Of a stretch of DNA of 64,000 nucleotides, positions 45,360 through 58,607 are shown in pieces. The notes below the pieces were generated by a model, which made no database searches, had not been told where the DNA came from, and saw only the letters and a list, made by a program, of their open reading frames with translations. The position numbers and the translations under genes are program-made. The DNA is from Rhodosorus marinus CCMP1338 (lineage: Eukaryota > Plantae > Rhodophyta): the NCBI GenBank assembly GCA_029953675.1, contig JAMWBK010000006.1, forward strand, positions 1,054,001-1,118,000, in the 5' to 3' direction. How positions within the stretch are numbered: the stretch's first letter is position 1; the number at the start of each line of letters is the position of its first letter.

Positions 45360-45971
45360 GTTTCGGGTACGCATGCCCACTTTCTCTGCTCGTGGTCGTT
45401 TCCGTGTCATGAAAGCGCGCAGAGCTCTGCTGAACCCGGCCGAGCTGAACCACTGCGTTCGTTTTCTGCTCGCGATACAGAGCCCAAGCAGGTTGAGGGT
45501 TCTTGTACGACGTTGATGATGATTAGAGACGGTGGCGATGTCATTTTGGTTCTTACTTAGAGTTTCTCTAGTTGCGGCGCGTTGCTGGACCTTCCTCACG
45601 GGCTTCGCGGTTGTTATCCCACTTTGTGGGGGCCTTGCTGGAACTCTCTACCAACTCAAGAATATACAGACTTTGGATCGAGTTCGTACGTGATCTTGTG
45701 GTTGAGGCCTTCCGACGCTCTTGCTCCCAATAGTATGACGTATTTGTGACATGGAGAAGCTGCTCAGAACCCGAAGTGCTTATGGACGTTTAGCTTGAAA
45801 GTCCGGTGGTCCTGGTGTTTCGCCACCTGTATTTAAAAGTTTAAAATTGGGCTGAGTCCTGAATCGAGCGAAAGCTGTATCATATTGCTGAGGATTATAA
45901 AGAACAGTCGGAACAACAGTTCATATGGCACAGTGCCACCCAAGTACCTCTCCATGCTGACCTTAGTGGAC

Positions 45972-46681
45972 TCATTCGCATAAATCATGTTTTGTACACT
46001 TTAAACGGAAAGGCGCTAGCCAATCCCAGGGGCTGAAGTCTAGTGAGTATCCAAGTTTGTACCCCGAGAGGAACAAGCGGGAGAGCTGGGATAGAGCATC
46101 ACTTGCATTCGGCGCTCGAATCGGGTGCGCTCCCACGTGCGGAATATTTTTCATTAGATGATGATGGTTATCCCGCACTGCAGGCTGGACATTGCCAGCT
46201 CTGAGACCGAAGCGAACGAAGACCCGTTGTTTTCTTCTGTAGGCTTCAGCGCATCCTTTCGTTAGAAACTACAAGAGAAGCCAAAGGACGATGTGTGCGC
46301 TCTACCCTGGCATGGCTACTCCTTCACGGCAGACTATCCTGCTCGAGCATTTCCCCATTGCAGTGGTCGCCGTGGTGGGTTGCTGTTGCTAAGCCCGGCC
46401 TTGAAAGAGGTGAGAAAGCCCACTGGAGTACAGCTTCTTTAGGTACACTGTTGGAGTTCATCTCTACCCGTTCCCTGATCGTCGTCAAGCGCTGCTGAGA
46501 TATCTCGCTATCGGCGTAACAACGATCATCACACGCGACGACGTAGAAGAATTCGAACACCGGCTCCTCTTGTGGATCCCGGGAGCCTTTGATGCTTTTC
46601 CCTTCGCTGAGAAAAACAACGCGCGTCCGCGCCCACGCATTCAAACCCTTCCACCATTCGTCAAGCACGAGAGGAGGTAGA
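45972..46681 (-). CDS. Possible exons of an unidentified spliced gene
   Basis: A stop-free 98-codon frame starts exactly at a pyrimidine-rich acceptor (ttctcttgtag|46268, FLTKGCAEAYRRKQRVFVRFG...); an upstream open frame spans 46681-46324 (LPPLVLDEWWKG..EPVFEFFYVVACDD). Splicing not resolved. Confidence 0.3.
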
Positions 46682-49600
46682 CTGTCGTAATACGTGTAGC
46701 AGAGTCATCGCTCACGGCCCGGTGAACGTCTGCCGAAGTCCCAAAATACTAAAAATGCCTCCGATGGGAAACCCAGGCGCTGATGTACACACCAACCGAA
46801 GCCGCAACACCGTTTGAGTGGGTAAATGGCGAAAATGGCAACAATTCGGCTGCTGCTGAGTTTAGAGGCAACACTCGGGAGAGCGCAGTTTATGAACCTG
46901 CGGCCAGAAGAACGGCCCGAAGAATGGCCTGCTCAAAGATACCTACTGTAAGACATGAGTGTTCACGTTTCCCAATTGAGAAACTCCTCTAGACGAGGGG
47001 GGCGTGTGTGAAGTTCCGACTTGTACAATTCAATCCACTGATGGAAAATGCAAAGATGTTCGGAGGGATCTACCAATCGCCAGAACCAGCCCCCTCAGGT
47101 CCCCGCACAACGATTGAGTCGAACGTTTTGTTTGTTTTTGTACTGCTCAAAGCAGCATGCTGACTTCGTCTTAAGAATATTTGTTCGTGGCTTACAAGGA
47201 ATTGCCACAAGGAGGGGCAGGCAAGGTCCTGAGTTGGTTACACGCCTTACTCGACAAAAGTGACTCGCCGGCTCAACGAGAAGCCATTGGTGAAACATTG
47301 CTGAGTTCAGTCAGTAGGCTCAAGTGGCGTTGATAGACGGAACTGGAAGTCAGAGGCTGACCATGTGTTCGTCTTACAGAGGGCTATCGCCGGACAGGGT
47401 TTTACTCAGCAAATAGTTCTGAGCGGGGGTTTCCCGGCGATGCCATTCCTGGACGGACGGACATGAGATGTCATCTGTAATAGTCTTGGTTGGGCACGCG
47501 GACAATTAATGATTTCCAAGCAAAACAAAGTTCTCGTTTTCTCCCTATGATTTCAGCCATCAGAAAACCCCGAGGCTAGCGCCTCTCCTCCCTCACACAC
47601 ACGCCGACTCTAACGGACGGGACAGGCCCTGACGTTCAGCAAACTGGCCGCCCTATTCTTTGCGCCGGTCTCGAAGGCGTTTTGTGGGGGTCAACAGCTA
47701 AAAACCACCCAAAAGCAACGAGATGATCCAATCCATCCAATTATTTTGATAATTCAGAGTTCAGGAGGAGATTTACTTTCTTCCAAGGAGTCAGATAGAT
47801 CGACTATTTTCTTCTCTTTTTCGATATCGTCTATTCGAACAAATTTGCAGATGATAAAAATTCGTTTTTTTAACAGCAGTTCATATACCCCCTATCGGTA
47901 TAAATAATCACAGGTCTCGTCGCCACCCACAAAGTTTCAAAAATACAAGATCTGTTTTTCTTTTGAAGCGAAAAAGCTATAAAATAGGAGGTAAATATCG
48001 AACCTTGATTTGTTGGAATTTTTTGATTACGATCTCGTGGGTTTAAAAACAGTTCATAACACATGGGACACGTGTTAGATAGTATGTTGAGCAATAGCTC
48101 AAACGGTTTTTTAAAAAAAACAGAAGTAAATGTGCATATTGAAAAGTGCGTGACTGAATCTGCTTGCTTTCGTCCTCATCACGCAGAGTTTGTGAGACGA
48201 TCGCGCAAGAATGGCGAATTTTTTTTTCCTGCAATGATAATCTGAAGGCGTAGGTCTATATCCACAGGACACCCCAATGTGTGTACAATATTCTTGCTCA
48301 GTCATCGTGAACAGGAGGCTTGGAAACGTCCCTGGGGCGAGCATGGCCCCACTCGAAAACAGAAAGACACTTCTGTTCAATGGTGTCAAAAGCTATTGCT
48401 TGCCTGTCCCGGAATCCTCGAGGATTGCTCTTGAGTGATTCATCAACGTTGAGATGAAAGAATTCCTGAAGCGGAAGAAACCCTGAATGGATATAAGCTG
48501 TCAGGAGTTTTAGTAGCCCTTCCTAGGGATCTATGATTTCCGGGGATGGAGAAACCCGATGACGACTACGGGCTGAAGAACAGCAGGTCTTTGGTGAGAA
48601 CGAAGACTGACTGATGTGACTCCGCGTTAAGATTGTATCCGCACGTGTTATGTGTCATGAGAAGCGGTTAAGATCAAGGATTGTTTTCCATTCTCAGCTG
48701 CGGACCGCTGGAACCTGGGATTCACGTACAATAAGACTAGGAAAGTCTGCTGAGAACGCTTTTCCCGTGGAAAGCGCTGTAGAATCAGTGAAGGCGATTT
48801 CGGCTCCTCCTAGTAGAAGAATAGTTTTGCTCTGAAGGAAACACGTTCCACTTTCGTGTTGTAGAATCCCATCCGCCAGTTGAAACAACCAAGCGCTACT
48901 GATCAACTGGAAATTTGGAAAAATCTCCATCGGCCAAGGCTAGTCATCGGGCTCGGTCCTGACAGCACCTGCAGTGTTCCTCTCGATATCAAAAGTATAT
49001 GTTGTCTTGTAATTTTTTCTTGGTTCCATCGCCGGGAGCTTTCCGATGACCAGTCAAAGAGATTCAGCTTTTTCCAAGACAGCGTCCTCGACAACATCAA
49101 ATCAGCAACCCGGCTAGAAATAATGGTGGAGCACTAGTGTGACTGGCAGAGGTGACTTGTTTGGCAAAAATTCCGTGCCTCGAGCATCGTAAAAAACCGC
49201 TCTCAAACTGAGGCACAGAAAGCGATTTATCCTAGTCTGTCGGCAGGTTCGAGGCCCCCCCCGCCCCTGCACCGATGAAATTTGCCACAAATGGGCACTC
49301 GCATCGCCTGTGTCGACCAAGAGCTATAGAACAGCTCCCTCTAATGCCTTTCGCTTTCCGCTGATAACGACAAAAAAGAAAGAGTGAAAAACAACGACGG
49401 TCTTTCTTCTACAAATAAAAGCTCAATCAGTTAAAAAAGACATAATTTTCTAAAGACGTGCTGAACAATCCTGCTTTCTAATTTACTAGACCAATTACAA
49501 GGCCAATGAAAATACATCGTTCCGAGCCCGAATCAAAGTATTCGGGAAAGGAAGATATTTAGAAACCATACTAGTTGATTACTAACCACTGGAAAGTTAA

Positions 49601-50591
49601 CCTCTTCGCTTTTTCCTAAGGATTCGGAGAAACCTAGTCTGGTGAAAAACACATCATTTTCAAGCTGAACTGTTATATAACTTGATAACGTGGGTTTCCG
49701 TGAATTTGGGAGAAAATATATCACGGGCTGGACGCGCGCGTCCTATTGCCAATCCCTTACTAGGTTTCCATGATGATCACGGCAAAAAAAGGAATAAAAC
49801 CCCAAAAATCTTCTGCTGAGGAGGATGACCATGTGCTGTACTGCCTATACGCTTCATCTGCAAATATTTTTTTGGCAGATCCTTGAGGACGGTACACAAC
49901 ATGCCACCGGACAATGCTAGGCGATCGTCTTCTGCAATTATATCATCCACTACTTTGAACTGTCAGGCACCCTTCCTCAACGATAGGTACACCAGGCCCC
50001 CTCCGATTTTGACGAATCCATTTTTGGAATTTTCTTGAGGATATTATGGTAATAGTAGGTTTTCCTGAGGGGTAAAAACTAAGCTGTCTTGGATCTGCCT
50101 TACACCATTCAGAGCTTAGAGCCGACGTTCATTGGATGAACTAAAAGTTTTAAAAATATTGGTTATGTACGAAGTGATCGGGCGATCGTCTAGATCTTAC
50201 ACCTAGGTCGCGAGCGACAGAGTCGAAGTTCAAGCCCAATTTAACTCCAAGGTAAATTTATCATTAAAACCACCTCCACGCCAAAGCTCTATCTCGGCTT
50301 TAAGTCTCAATCAATTTTTGAAGTATTTTTTCCACCGAACGAAATCGCTCCTAGAACAACGTCGTAATAGGATGTGGGCGAATAGCCAGTGATGTATGCT
50401 AATTTGAAATTACGATGGAAAAAAAAAATACTACTGGGAAGTCAATACGCCTAGTTTTGGCGGCGCGGCGCTAGATAAATGTACGTGCAGAGGTTTTAGA
50501 GAGGAAATGTCACCCTTGGCGTCCTGGTCGTTTTCCAGAACGGATCTCATGCTAAAAAAAGGACAACAGCGGACTTTGTTCGAGAGCTTTT

Positions 50592-50616
50592 GGGGGGTGG
50601 GGTGGGGGTGGGGGGG
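50592..50616 (+). other. Canonical G-quadruplex-forming motif
   Basis: G6-T-G4-T-G5-T-G7, four G-runs with 1-nt loops. Confidence 0.6.
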
Positions 50617-53600
50617 TTCGAGGCACTCCCCGAAGCGCTCTTGGTAATCAGCTATCTCCTTGACGTGGGCCAACCAGGTTATCGAAAGATGCATTTCGGT
50701 TAATTTCTCGGGAAAACCTGCCACAAGTAGGATTTAGTTTCTACATGGCAGTCTATGAGTCCTTCCGGCGTTTTGCTACGGGATCAAAAAAGGGGGAAAA
50801 TTCTCGTCTAGATGCAGATTCCCATAATATAGAAAATATCAACCTTATATTATTTTCCAAAAAATAGTAAATTAGGGCGATCGTTGAGGTTTCTCCTCAT
50901 ATTGTTCTAGAAATTTGTCAAACCATGCTCATCTGAGATGAAAACGACCAAGAATTTTGATTGGAATACGAGCAGGTTCTTAAGAAAAATAGTCGCGTAC
51001 TCTCCTGCTCACTGATCTGTGAACGCATATCGTTTAAGCTGTATTTCGGCATTTATACGATAAAAGGCTGGCCATCGTGCAGGAACCACCTGTTCAGAAC
51101 TAAAAGCTCCTGAGCGCAAAACGGAGAAAACTACCGATTCCGGAGGTCCATCGTCAATTGTATAAACGATGATACAGGAGAATGAACTTTGGGAGGATTC
51201 TCCTCTCAATAGGCCGCTCCTCCTGTCTTTTTCAAGTCCGTACGGGATACTGGTCATCGGAAAACTTGATCTAGATTGAAACTAGATAAGATCTTGAAAA
51301 ACAATCATTTAAGGTGAAGGTCGATTCTTCCCCCCCCTGGGACGGAACAATTGCTCGGCGCAGACAGTTGGGCGTTTTTAGTGCGCAATCCCCTTACCAA
51401 AATATTTTCCAAAACATAGTTTTGGTAGCCCTCAAGATGCGAAGTTTTATCCGGTCGGGGCGCAATGGTATGGTAGTTACTTTTGGCTTAGAAAGTTCTA
51501 ATCACTCCAGTAATGACAGACAACTCGAGCGGGAGGCGTGATGGCGCAGCGCTCGGACAGTTGAATCGAAAAGGGCATCCGTCAGCAAGATTACAAATAT
51601 CCAAAAAACAAAACTATGGCTCTTAGACACAGATCTTATAGCTTCTCTTTCCACTACTTGAGTGTAAGCGACTGCTCAAGGATATGAAAAGTTAATATTT
51701 TTCGTCCCGGACGATCGCCTAACTCTATAAGAGCAATGAATCACCAAGAAAAAGTAGCATGTATTTGTATCTCACAGGCTAAACAGTCTTTATGTGGCAG
51801 GTTCCGCCGCATTGTCCCTAAAAACGAAGGTGGTTTGTTTCTGCGTAGTGACTGAGGCACAAACTGGAAGGAGGTGTCGCAGGCAGAGATTCAGAAAAGT
51901 TATCAAAGAAAAGCAAAACAGGGCGCTCAACCGGGGAAAGTCATCGAACTTGAAACTAATTTTCGAATTTCAAACTGCACGAAGAGCCTGTCATAGCCTT
52001 TCCTGAATGTAAGCCCAAAAATAACATCTGATCGAAGATCATGGGCTTAGAAGCATATTTGGAAGGCCCCCCCACCCCTCTCTCAAAAAAACACGAGCAT
52101 CTTGAGAAAATGAACAATAAAAGTCTCAAAAAATTACAGCTGAAAATCATTACTCACTTGATCTGTGCTTGGTAAATATATATTGTATAAACATAATAAA
52201 TATGCATTTTGTATTGTTAAAATGTGGACGATCACCCTTTGCGAAAAAGAAAGGAATTCACGAAGATCAGGAGGGAAGGCATTTTTGTTTTCTGGTAGAA
52301 AACGCTGGAGCCTGAACGTCGATGAGATATATTTAATATTCTAGATCCAGCTGCATAACCCCCACCGACCAAAAACAAAACTATTCGATTCTCCAACCAA
52401 TTTCCTTTTTTTTGGTAGACTTTAGATAGTAAACTTGGACCGATCCATCGAAATCATCCACAAACAGAGGGAAGGGAAAAATACAAACGAGTAAGACGAA
52501 GCAAACGTGAAACGGGCAGATAATAGGGCATAATTTTACGAAATTTAAATATACTTCCTTTGGCCGCGTTGGAAATGACGGACTTTTAGATCCTCAAGGT
52601 GGAACTAGGACCGGAGCAGTCTGAGGGGAAAAAACTTACTTTTCAATCATCACGGCTCCGTTGAAAATCTTCTTCTTTTTCATAGGTATAATGTACAGTT
52701 TTTTGAAAAAACTTAGCTCCATTCATGGGTCCCGCTCCTCGCTCTGTACATTCAAAACGTAAGCTTAAAACGAGCAGTAGACAAAAATCAAAATGCGAAA
52801 GGAAATATTCTAATTTTATTGAAAAACATATCTCAATACGAAACCAAAACCGGCGAGGGGGGGGAGGGGGAAGGAAAAAGGGGGAAGTGTGTCCATTCAC
52901 AAAACCGACGATCGTCACAAGAACATAATTTTTCGTATAAAAATATATTTCTATTTTAAATATATTTACAAGGTTTATATTTATGACGTATCCTATGCGA
53001 AACACGTTTGGGAACAAGAAAAAATAACCGCGACATCCATATTCTCGAATCCACGAAGAAATTACGAAGATATCTTGAACACTATATTTTCCAATTTAAA
53101 GAAAAAACGATAACCGACACGCTTTCTAAGAACTTATTTATTCGTATTTTTTCCGCGGAAGGGAATTTCCGCCTCGTCATATCACTACTACCCTAAAGCC
53201 CCCCTTAAAAGCCGTTTTTTCATCCCTCTCCGGTCTGTCTTTTCATATTTTTTTTCTTAACTTTGCCTCTTTTTATGGGTTTCTTTGAGGAGTGACGAGG
53301 GTGGCGGGGCAGGAGAGGCTGATTGGGGCCTTTGGTACTTTAGCTGGCTAACAACGTTAAGAATGTAATATGCTTAATAAAAAATATTAAAAGTGTTTGA
53401 GGAACATCTTGTTCACATCGCTTTTTCGGGGATCCGCTATCACCCTCATTTTTGTTTGATATTTCTTGTTGTTTAACAGGGAAATGAAGAACATGACAAG
53501 GGGAGGGGACCGGGGGACCGGATTTGACGGAATTTTATTTTTATTACTGTTTTTGCGTTTTGAAACTATACGACTCGGCTGGGCTGGGCTGGTGGGTTGG

Positions 53601-53853
53601 TTTGTTGGGGGTTTTGTACTATGCTTGCGGGTGAAAGAAATTGATCAGTTTCACCCACGTGGAAAGGGCCACTGTCCAAAAGCCGGAGGAGAGAATATAT
53701 GTATATATAGGTGGAGCCTTTCACGAGGATAGTTCGGTAGGGCGGGATGTTGGAGAGTAAGAGGAGTCAGCAGAAAAGGGATTGCGAGTTGGGCTATATA
53801 GGTTGGTTTGATCGCCTGTTTTTCTGCTTGTTGACATTTCGGGGTGCTTAGCA

Positions 53854-54489
53854 ATGGATTGTCTGCAGTTGGATATGGATTTGGATAGTTGGTGGGACGG
53901 AGAGGATAACTCGGCAATTTCCTGGATGTCGGATATGCAGAGTAAGGCTGTCATGGACGCCCCAAGGTATCAGGGCTTCGTGACCTCGTATGACTGCAAG
54001 AATGAGGGCAGGGTGATGGACAATCACCTCAAGCCTACTTCGCCGAAGACCCCAACGCGCGTTGTCGACTTGAAGACAACCACACCACTGGAGTCTGCAC
54101 CGCTGCAAAAGGTTCAGAAGAAGAAGACTGTCCGAAGGAAGAGAACTTATACCACGGCTGCGTGCCCGATCTGCCAGAAGGTGTTTTTCAGAAAATATGA
54201 GATGATGCGTCATCTCAAGGCTACCCACTTGCAGATGAAGCCTTTCCATTGCGATCTGTGCTCCAGCAGCTTCTCGAGGAAGGCACACCTTAAGCTGCAC
54301 ATGATCAAAATTCACAATGTTGATGCTGAACTGCATGAGAAAGGAAGCGACCTCACACCACAGCAGGAGGTTAGCCTGACGGCGGTGGACCAATGTGATC
54401 TGATCCCTGTGCCCATCGAAGAATCCGTTGAAGTGGAGGAGACTACCTCACAGTTTCCTCTTTTCGAGCAAAACTTCAGCTGGATGTAG
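53854..54489 (+). CDS. C2H2 zinc-finger protein (2 fingers), 211 aa
   Basis: CPICQKVFFRKYEMMRHLKATH-LQMKPF-HCDLCSSSFSRKAHLKLHMIKIH, preceded by a basic KKKTVRRKR. Confidence 0.92.
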   Translation: MDCLQLDMDLDSWWDGEDNSAISWMSDMQSKAVMDAPRYQGFVTSYDCKNEGRVMDNHLKPTSPKTPTRVVDLKTTTPLESAPLQKVQKKKTVRRKRTYTTAACPICQKVFFRKYEMMRHLKATHLQMKPFHCDLCSSSFSRKAHLKLHMIKIHNVDAELHEKGSDLTPQQEVSLTAVDQCDLIPVPIEESVEVEETTSQFPLFEQNFSWM

Positions 54490-56815
54490 GGCCAACCTAC
54501 CGCTAGATATTATCAACGAAAACTTTCGACTTCGACTTCGACTTGTGCTTCGATTGGCACGACAGAACGACTTAAGACTTGTAGAACACGACGACTACGA
54601 CTGCAGCTATGGCCATGGTGCAAAACCTTATTTGGGCCTTGTATTTGACCGGCAGAACGCACTTACTACGCGGTCCGCTACGTTTCGAAATTTGCGGGAT
54701 CTTACCGCGATCAAATAGCAGTCGCTATTTTATATCATGTCTATCCTATACATATTCCCTTCTGACACACGAGAAGTGTGCTGTTAATAAATTTCTAAGA
54801 GAATCAAATTGAAACAGTTTTCGCTCGGTGTCCGACTTCTGCAAAGCTGGTCTTGCTGCTCCGCGCACTTCGATGTTGAACGCTCTAATGAGGAATTTAA
54901 CCTTTAGCAAGCTCTGCATTTCGGCATCCTGCTTCAGTCAAGCTGAACTTTGCAACCCCGGGCGCTGCCGTCCCCGTCAGACCCCTTTTTCGACGTGCAT
55001 ATTTCTTTCGGCCTCGGGCACCTAGTTGGGACAGGGGCTCTTCGACCGCCAGCGGACCTTCCCTCTTAAAACCCCATTCTTGAAGGTACGAAAGCTCGCT
55101 GACATCGGCAATGCCCACAGAAGTCCGAAAGGCTCACTAAGGTCCAGGAAGCTGTGCGAAATAGTGGCAAAGCATCAAAATCCAGTCACGCGCGAGGCCG
55201 ACAATAATTCTACTAGAAACTACGTTCCTAAAACCCTTAAAACAGAAAGACACGCCCGGAACACGATCACGCCCCTCTCAAACGTCGGACTGCCAGGTTG
55301 TCACAGCCCTCATTACAATATGCTTGAACTACATGCCAAGAAATTTTCGAAGACAAGGCACCGATTCTACCGCAGTTGCTTCCACCCCCCCCCCTTACCT
55401 ATTTACTATCGGTTTCAGCGAACTTGAAGCAGCAAAAAACCCTCTGTTAGAAAAAATGATTGATTCAATCACCAGTCCTGCGTATTTGACTGCAGCGTAC
55501 ACCAGCTAGAAATCTAAGCCCAGCACCTGCAGAAACAGATCTCAAAACACCACGCTTGGCGGGGGCCGGCCTTCCATGCGTCGCGTCGATCAGAATTCAT
55601 GATTGCATTCCAACAGCTCTGGTCCCCTCCCCCTCCCTCACCAAAAAAAGCCAAAAATTGACTATCTGTATATAATTAATATCATGTAGATGGTTTTTCC
55701 TGAAATAACACAACTACCCATCTAGCGGTGCAAAAAGGAATTGCTACCCCCAATTATAGAAGTCTCGTACGACCCCTCTAAATTCACTGGTGGAAACCCA
55801 ACATCGCCAAAGAAAGGAATCTCTGCGAGGAGCTCTAAACAAACAGAATTCGGTCTCGACGCGCCCCAGACGTTTGAAATGTTTATGGAATATGAGTCTT
55901 TGGAAGCGAACGGAAACTTCTCGCGGAATTTCTGATTTTGTTTATTAAAAATTAATTTCAAGGGGCACAGCGTACCAAAATGTTCGACTCGTTTTATTGG
56001 TTGTCTGACACCTTCCACAACTTTATAATCCAATGATAAGATCCTCCATGTCAACCAGAGACATACTCTACAAATTTATTGGTCTACAAGAGTTCAATAC
56101 CAGAAAATTTTCATCTTTTTCAAAATATTTCTTAAAAAAGAGGGGGCAGCTCTTCGCCGCAGTGAATCTTGCAGGTTAGAAGCAAGAAAGAAGTAACCCC
56201 CTTGCCAGTTCCTTCAAAAATTCAAAAAAGGGTCAATAAGTTCTCAAAAATAAATATTCTTTTTTTCCAACATAGCATCTTCTACACTTTTCCGTGCAAA
56301 GATGGAAGAGGGGGTAGGGAAAAAAATGAAAACACCATACAAGATTTTTTTTTCCCTTCAAGAATGTTCGAACCCTATTTGGTTTTAGTATACGTAGAAT
56401 ATATACGGTATAAAAACTTCTATATTTGAATATGTTAGCTATATATATCGTTCTATCAAAACACAAACTAGCATAACGATGGCATGAGATGAAAACATGT
56501 ACAGGGCGATTATTTTTTTGGTTTTACAAGTATAACTATTCCGCTTTTTTTGTTATTTTGGAGGGAAGCCTGCTTTTTTTTTGTTATGATGGTGTGGCGA
56601 ATGAAAGCTTGTGGCAGTGGAAGAGGGAGGGCGTCTGCTTTTCGGAGCCTAGAGGTATTTATAGTGGAGGTTTTTCTGATTGGGGATGGGCCCTGTGCGT
56701 GGTGGAGGGGGGTGGGAAGGCTGGGATTTGGATTGAGAGGGTAAAAGCAAGGTTTATGAAGGGGAGTTGTTGTTCTTCTTCTTCTTTTTTGTTTTGAGTT
56801 GTTAAGAGGCGGAAG

Positions 56816-57223
56816 ATGGTGGAAATGATGAGGTGGTTTGGCGTGGGAGGTGGTGGGACCGGCATGGACGTCTGGGTTCGGATGAGCAACGGGCGTTGTG
56901 TCAAGGTTCGAGTGACTGGAGATGATGTGAGCTTTACTGATGTGATGGGTAGGGCTTTCAAGCTCGCTCCGAGGGCGGCACCGGAAGACATCGCGAATTC
57001 CGCGCTGTTTTTGGAGATTGCCCCCGGCATGTCGATGCCTTGCTTGAACACGGCCAAGCTTCGTGAATGTGGGGTTCGGAATGGCGATGTACTGATCTGG
57101 AAGGAAAGCATAGAGGACATAGGAGAGATGTCTCAGCTCTCAGTTGATATGGAATCCTTTGAAAAGAAGAGAACTTTGCTCTGGAACGAATTTGATACTG
57201 TTTCTATGCAGACTTCGTCTTAA
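56816..57223 (+). CDS. Small protein with probable ubiquitin-like (beta-grasp) domain, 135 aa
   Basis: MDVWVRMSNGRCVKVRV resembles ubiquitin strands 1-2 and LRECGVRNGDVLIW the last turn and strand. No terminal GG; ~40-aa tail. Confidence 0.6.
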   Translation: MVEMMRWFGVGGGGTGMDVWVRMSNGRCVKVRVTGDDVSFTDVMGRAFKLAPRAAPEDIANSALFLEIAPGMSMPCLNTAKLRECGVRNGDVLIWKESIEDIGEMSQLSVDMESFEKKRTLLWNEFDTVSMQTSS

Positions 57224-57624
57224 AAGCCCGTTGTTAGGTATCTGTTTGTCGAAGATACATGCACGCGCACATATATAAGAATATATATATATATATATAG
57301 TAGGAATACTGATTCATTGACATGAGCAAGTATTCCCATAGGTTATCGTGTATCTAGTTATGTCCTGTTGTATATCTCGCCTAGCTTCCAGCATAAAGTA
57401 AATATGAAGCCCTTTGTCGTTACTACATGTATTCCAGTGAGGTTGGAATTTGCTCTACCCCAAGACAGGGCATTCACTTAAGTCTCCCTGTAACACAGCT
57501 AAGCTTCTTCAGCGGAAAAATGACCCTACGGTTCCATCATTTGGTTATGATAACTGGCGGTCATGTCAATGCTTAGTGCGTTTTGCACATCCTCTGTCAC
57601 ATGCCAGTCGCACCATTAAGTTTG

Positions 57625-58607
57625 CTAAATTTCCTGGAGTCGATCCTCAATAAGCTTCTTCGCAACTATCGGATCTACGGCACCTTTCCGGCTCTATACA
57701 CGAGAAAGCATACGAAAAAAAATTTGAGGAGCGCTCAGCACGACTGACGAAAACGAAAGACAGAAGAGTCCCAAGACTCCAAAGGACTCTCCTCGTCCTG
57801 GGAATTCCATGTCAAACCTGCTGAACTCACCTTCATCAGCAGACCCATAGCCCTCCCTACGTTCACTTTGCCTCCTCCTAGCTCAGTCAAGACCTCGTCT
57901 ACCCACCTTGCAGACCAAGAACGATAGAAGAGGTAACCAAAAGTTAACAACACACTAGTTCGTGAGGTCGGTCGGTCGTGCTTGGCCCTTGAAGCACTCG
58001 AAAACTTCGACTGCATTCATCCCTATCGGACCTGAGACACCCGCCCACAAACTTTTCGTGTTCTTGATCATGAGAGTAACGATTTGTATCGGACGCATCA
58101 TCCGAGGCATGGGAACAGCTGGACGTACTTTTGTGTAGTCGCTTCGTCAGCGAGTTTCGGGATATAAATCTCTACGATCTTGAGCTCCGCCTTTTCTGAT
58201 GCGACAAGGTCCCGTCGCTTGGCTTGCTCGTACATCTCGATACTTTCAGAATACTGTTTGGCCAGGCTCTTTAGAACAGCGGTAGCGTCGTGGTCAGAAA
58301 GCGACTTCGCACCGGTTTCTTTCATTTTGTTCACAAAGCGAGCTCGGATGGCTCTCAACGGCTTTAATCGATCTGCGTCTCGACTCTTCATTGCGGCTTT
58401 CATATCATCTGCAGGCGAATGAAAGACACGAACAGGCTTCCTCAGGGCCAAAACCAAAGCTCTGTAATCTCCTGTTGCCAAAACATTACCTGAGATCTTG
58501 TCTGCTAAGCTCAAAAGAAGCGGAGAAGAGGTATGAAAACCAGCGGCACTGATGTTGAAGTTCGTTCTGAAACTTCGCAGACATCTGATCACCGATCCAA
58601 CCTCCAT
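57625..58607 (-). CDS. yqeY: GatB/YqeY domain protein (AIM41-like), 4 exons: 58607-58490, 58408-58129, 57906-57831, 57693-57625
   Basis: LADKIS|DDMKAAMKSRDADRL...KQYSESIEMYEQAKRRDLVASEKAEL..YIP..Q|KWVDEVLTELG..VGRAMGLLMK|SRKGAVDP..KKLIEDRL*; all junctions GT-AG and in frame; transit-peptide-like N-terminus. Confidence 0.9.

Noticed and set aside
49240-49275. GGTTCGAG T-loop-like string as a tRNA
   Set aside because: No complementary T-stem or cloverleaf can be formed.
53848-54393. 181-aa antisense ORF over the second zinc-finger gene
   Set aside because: Antisense shadow of a clearly coding sense strand.
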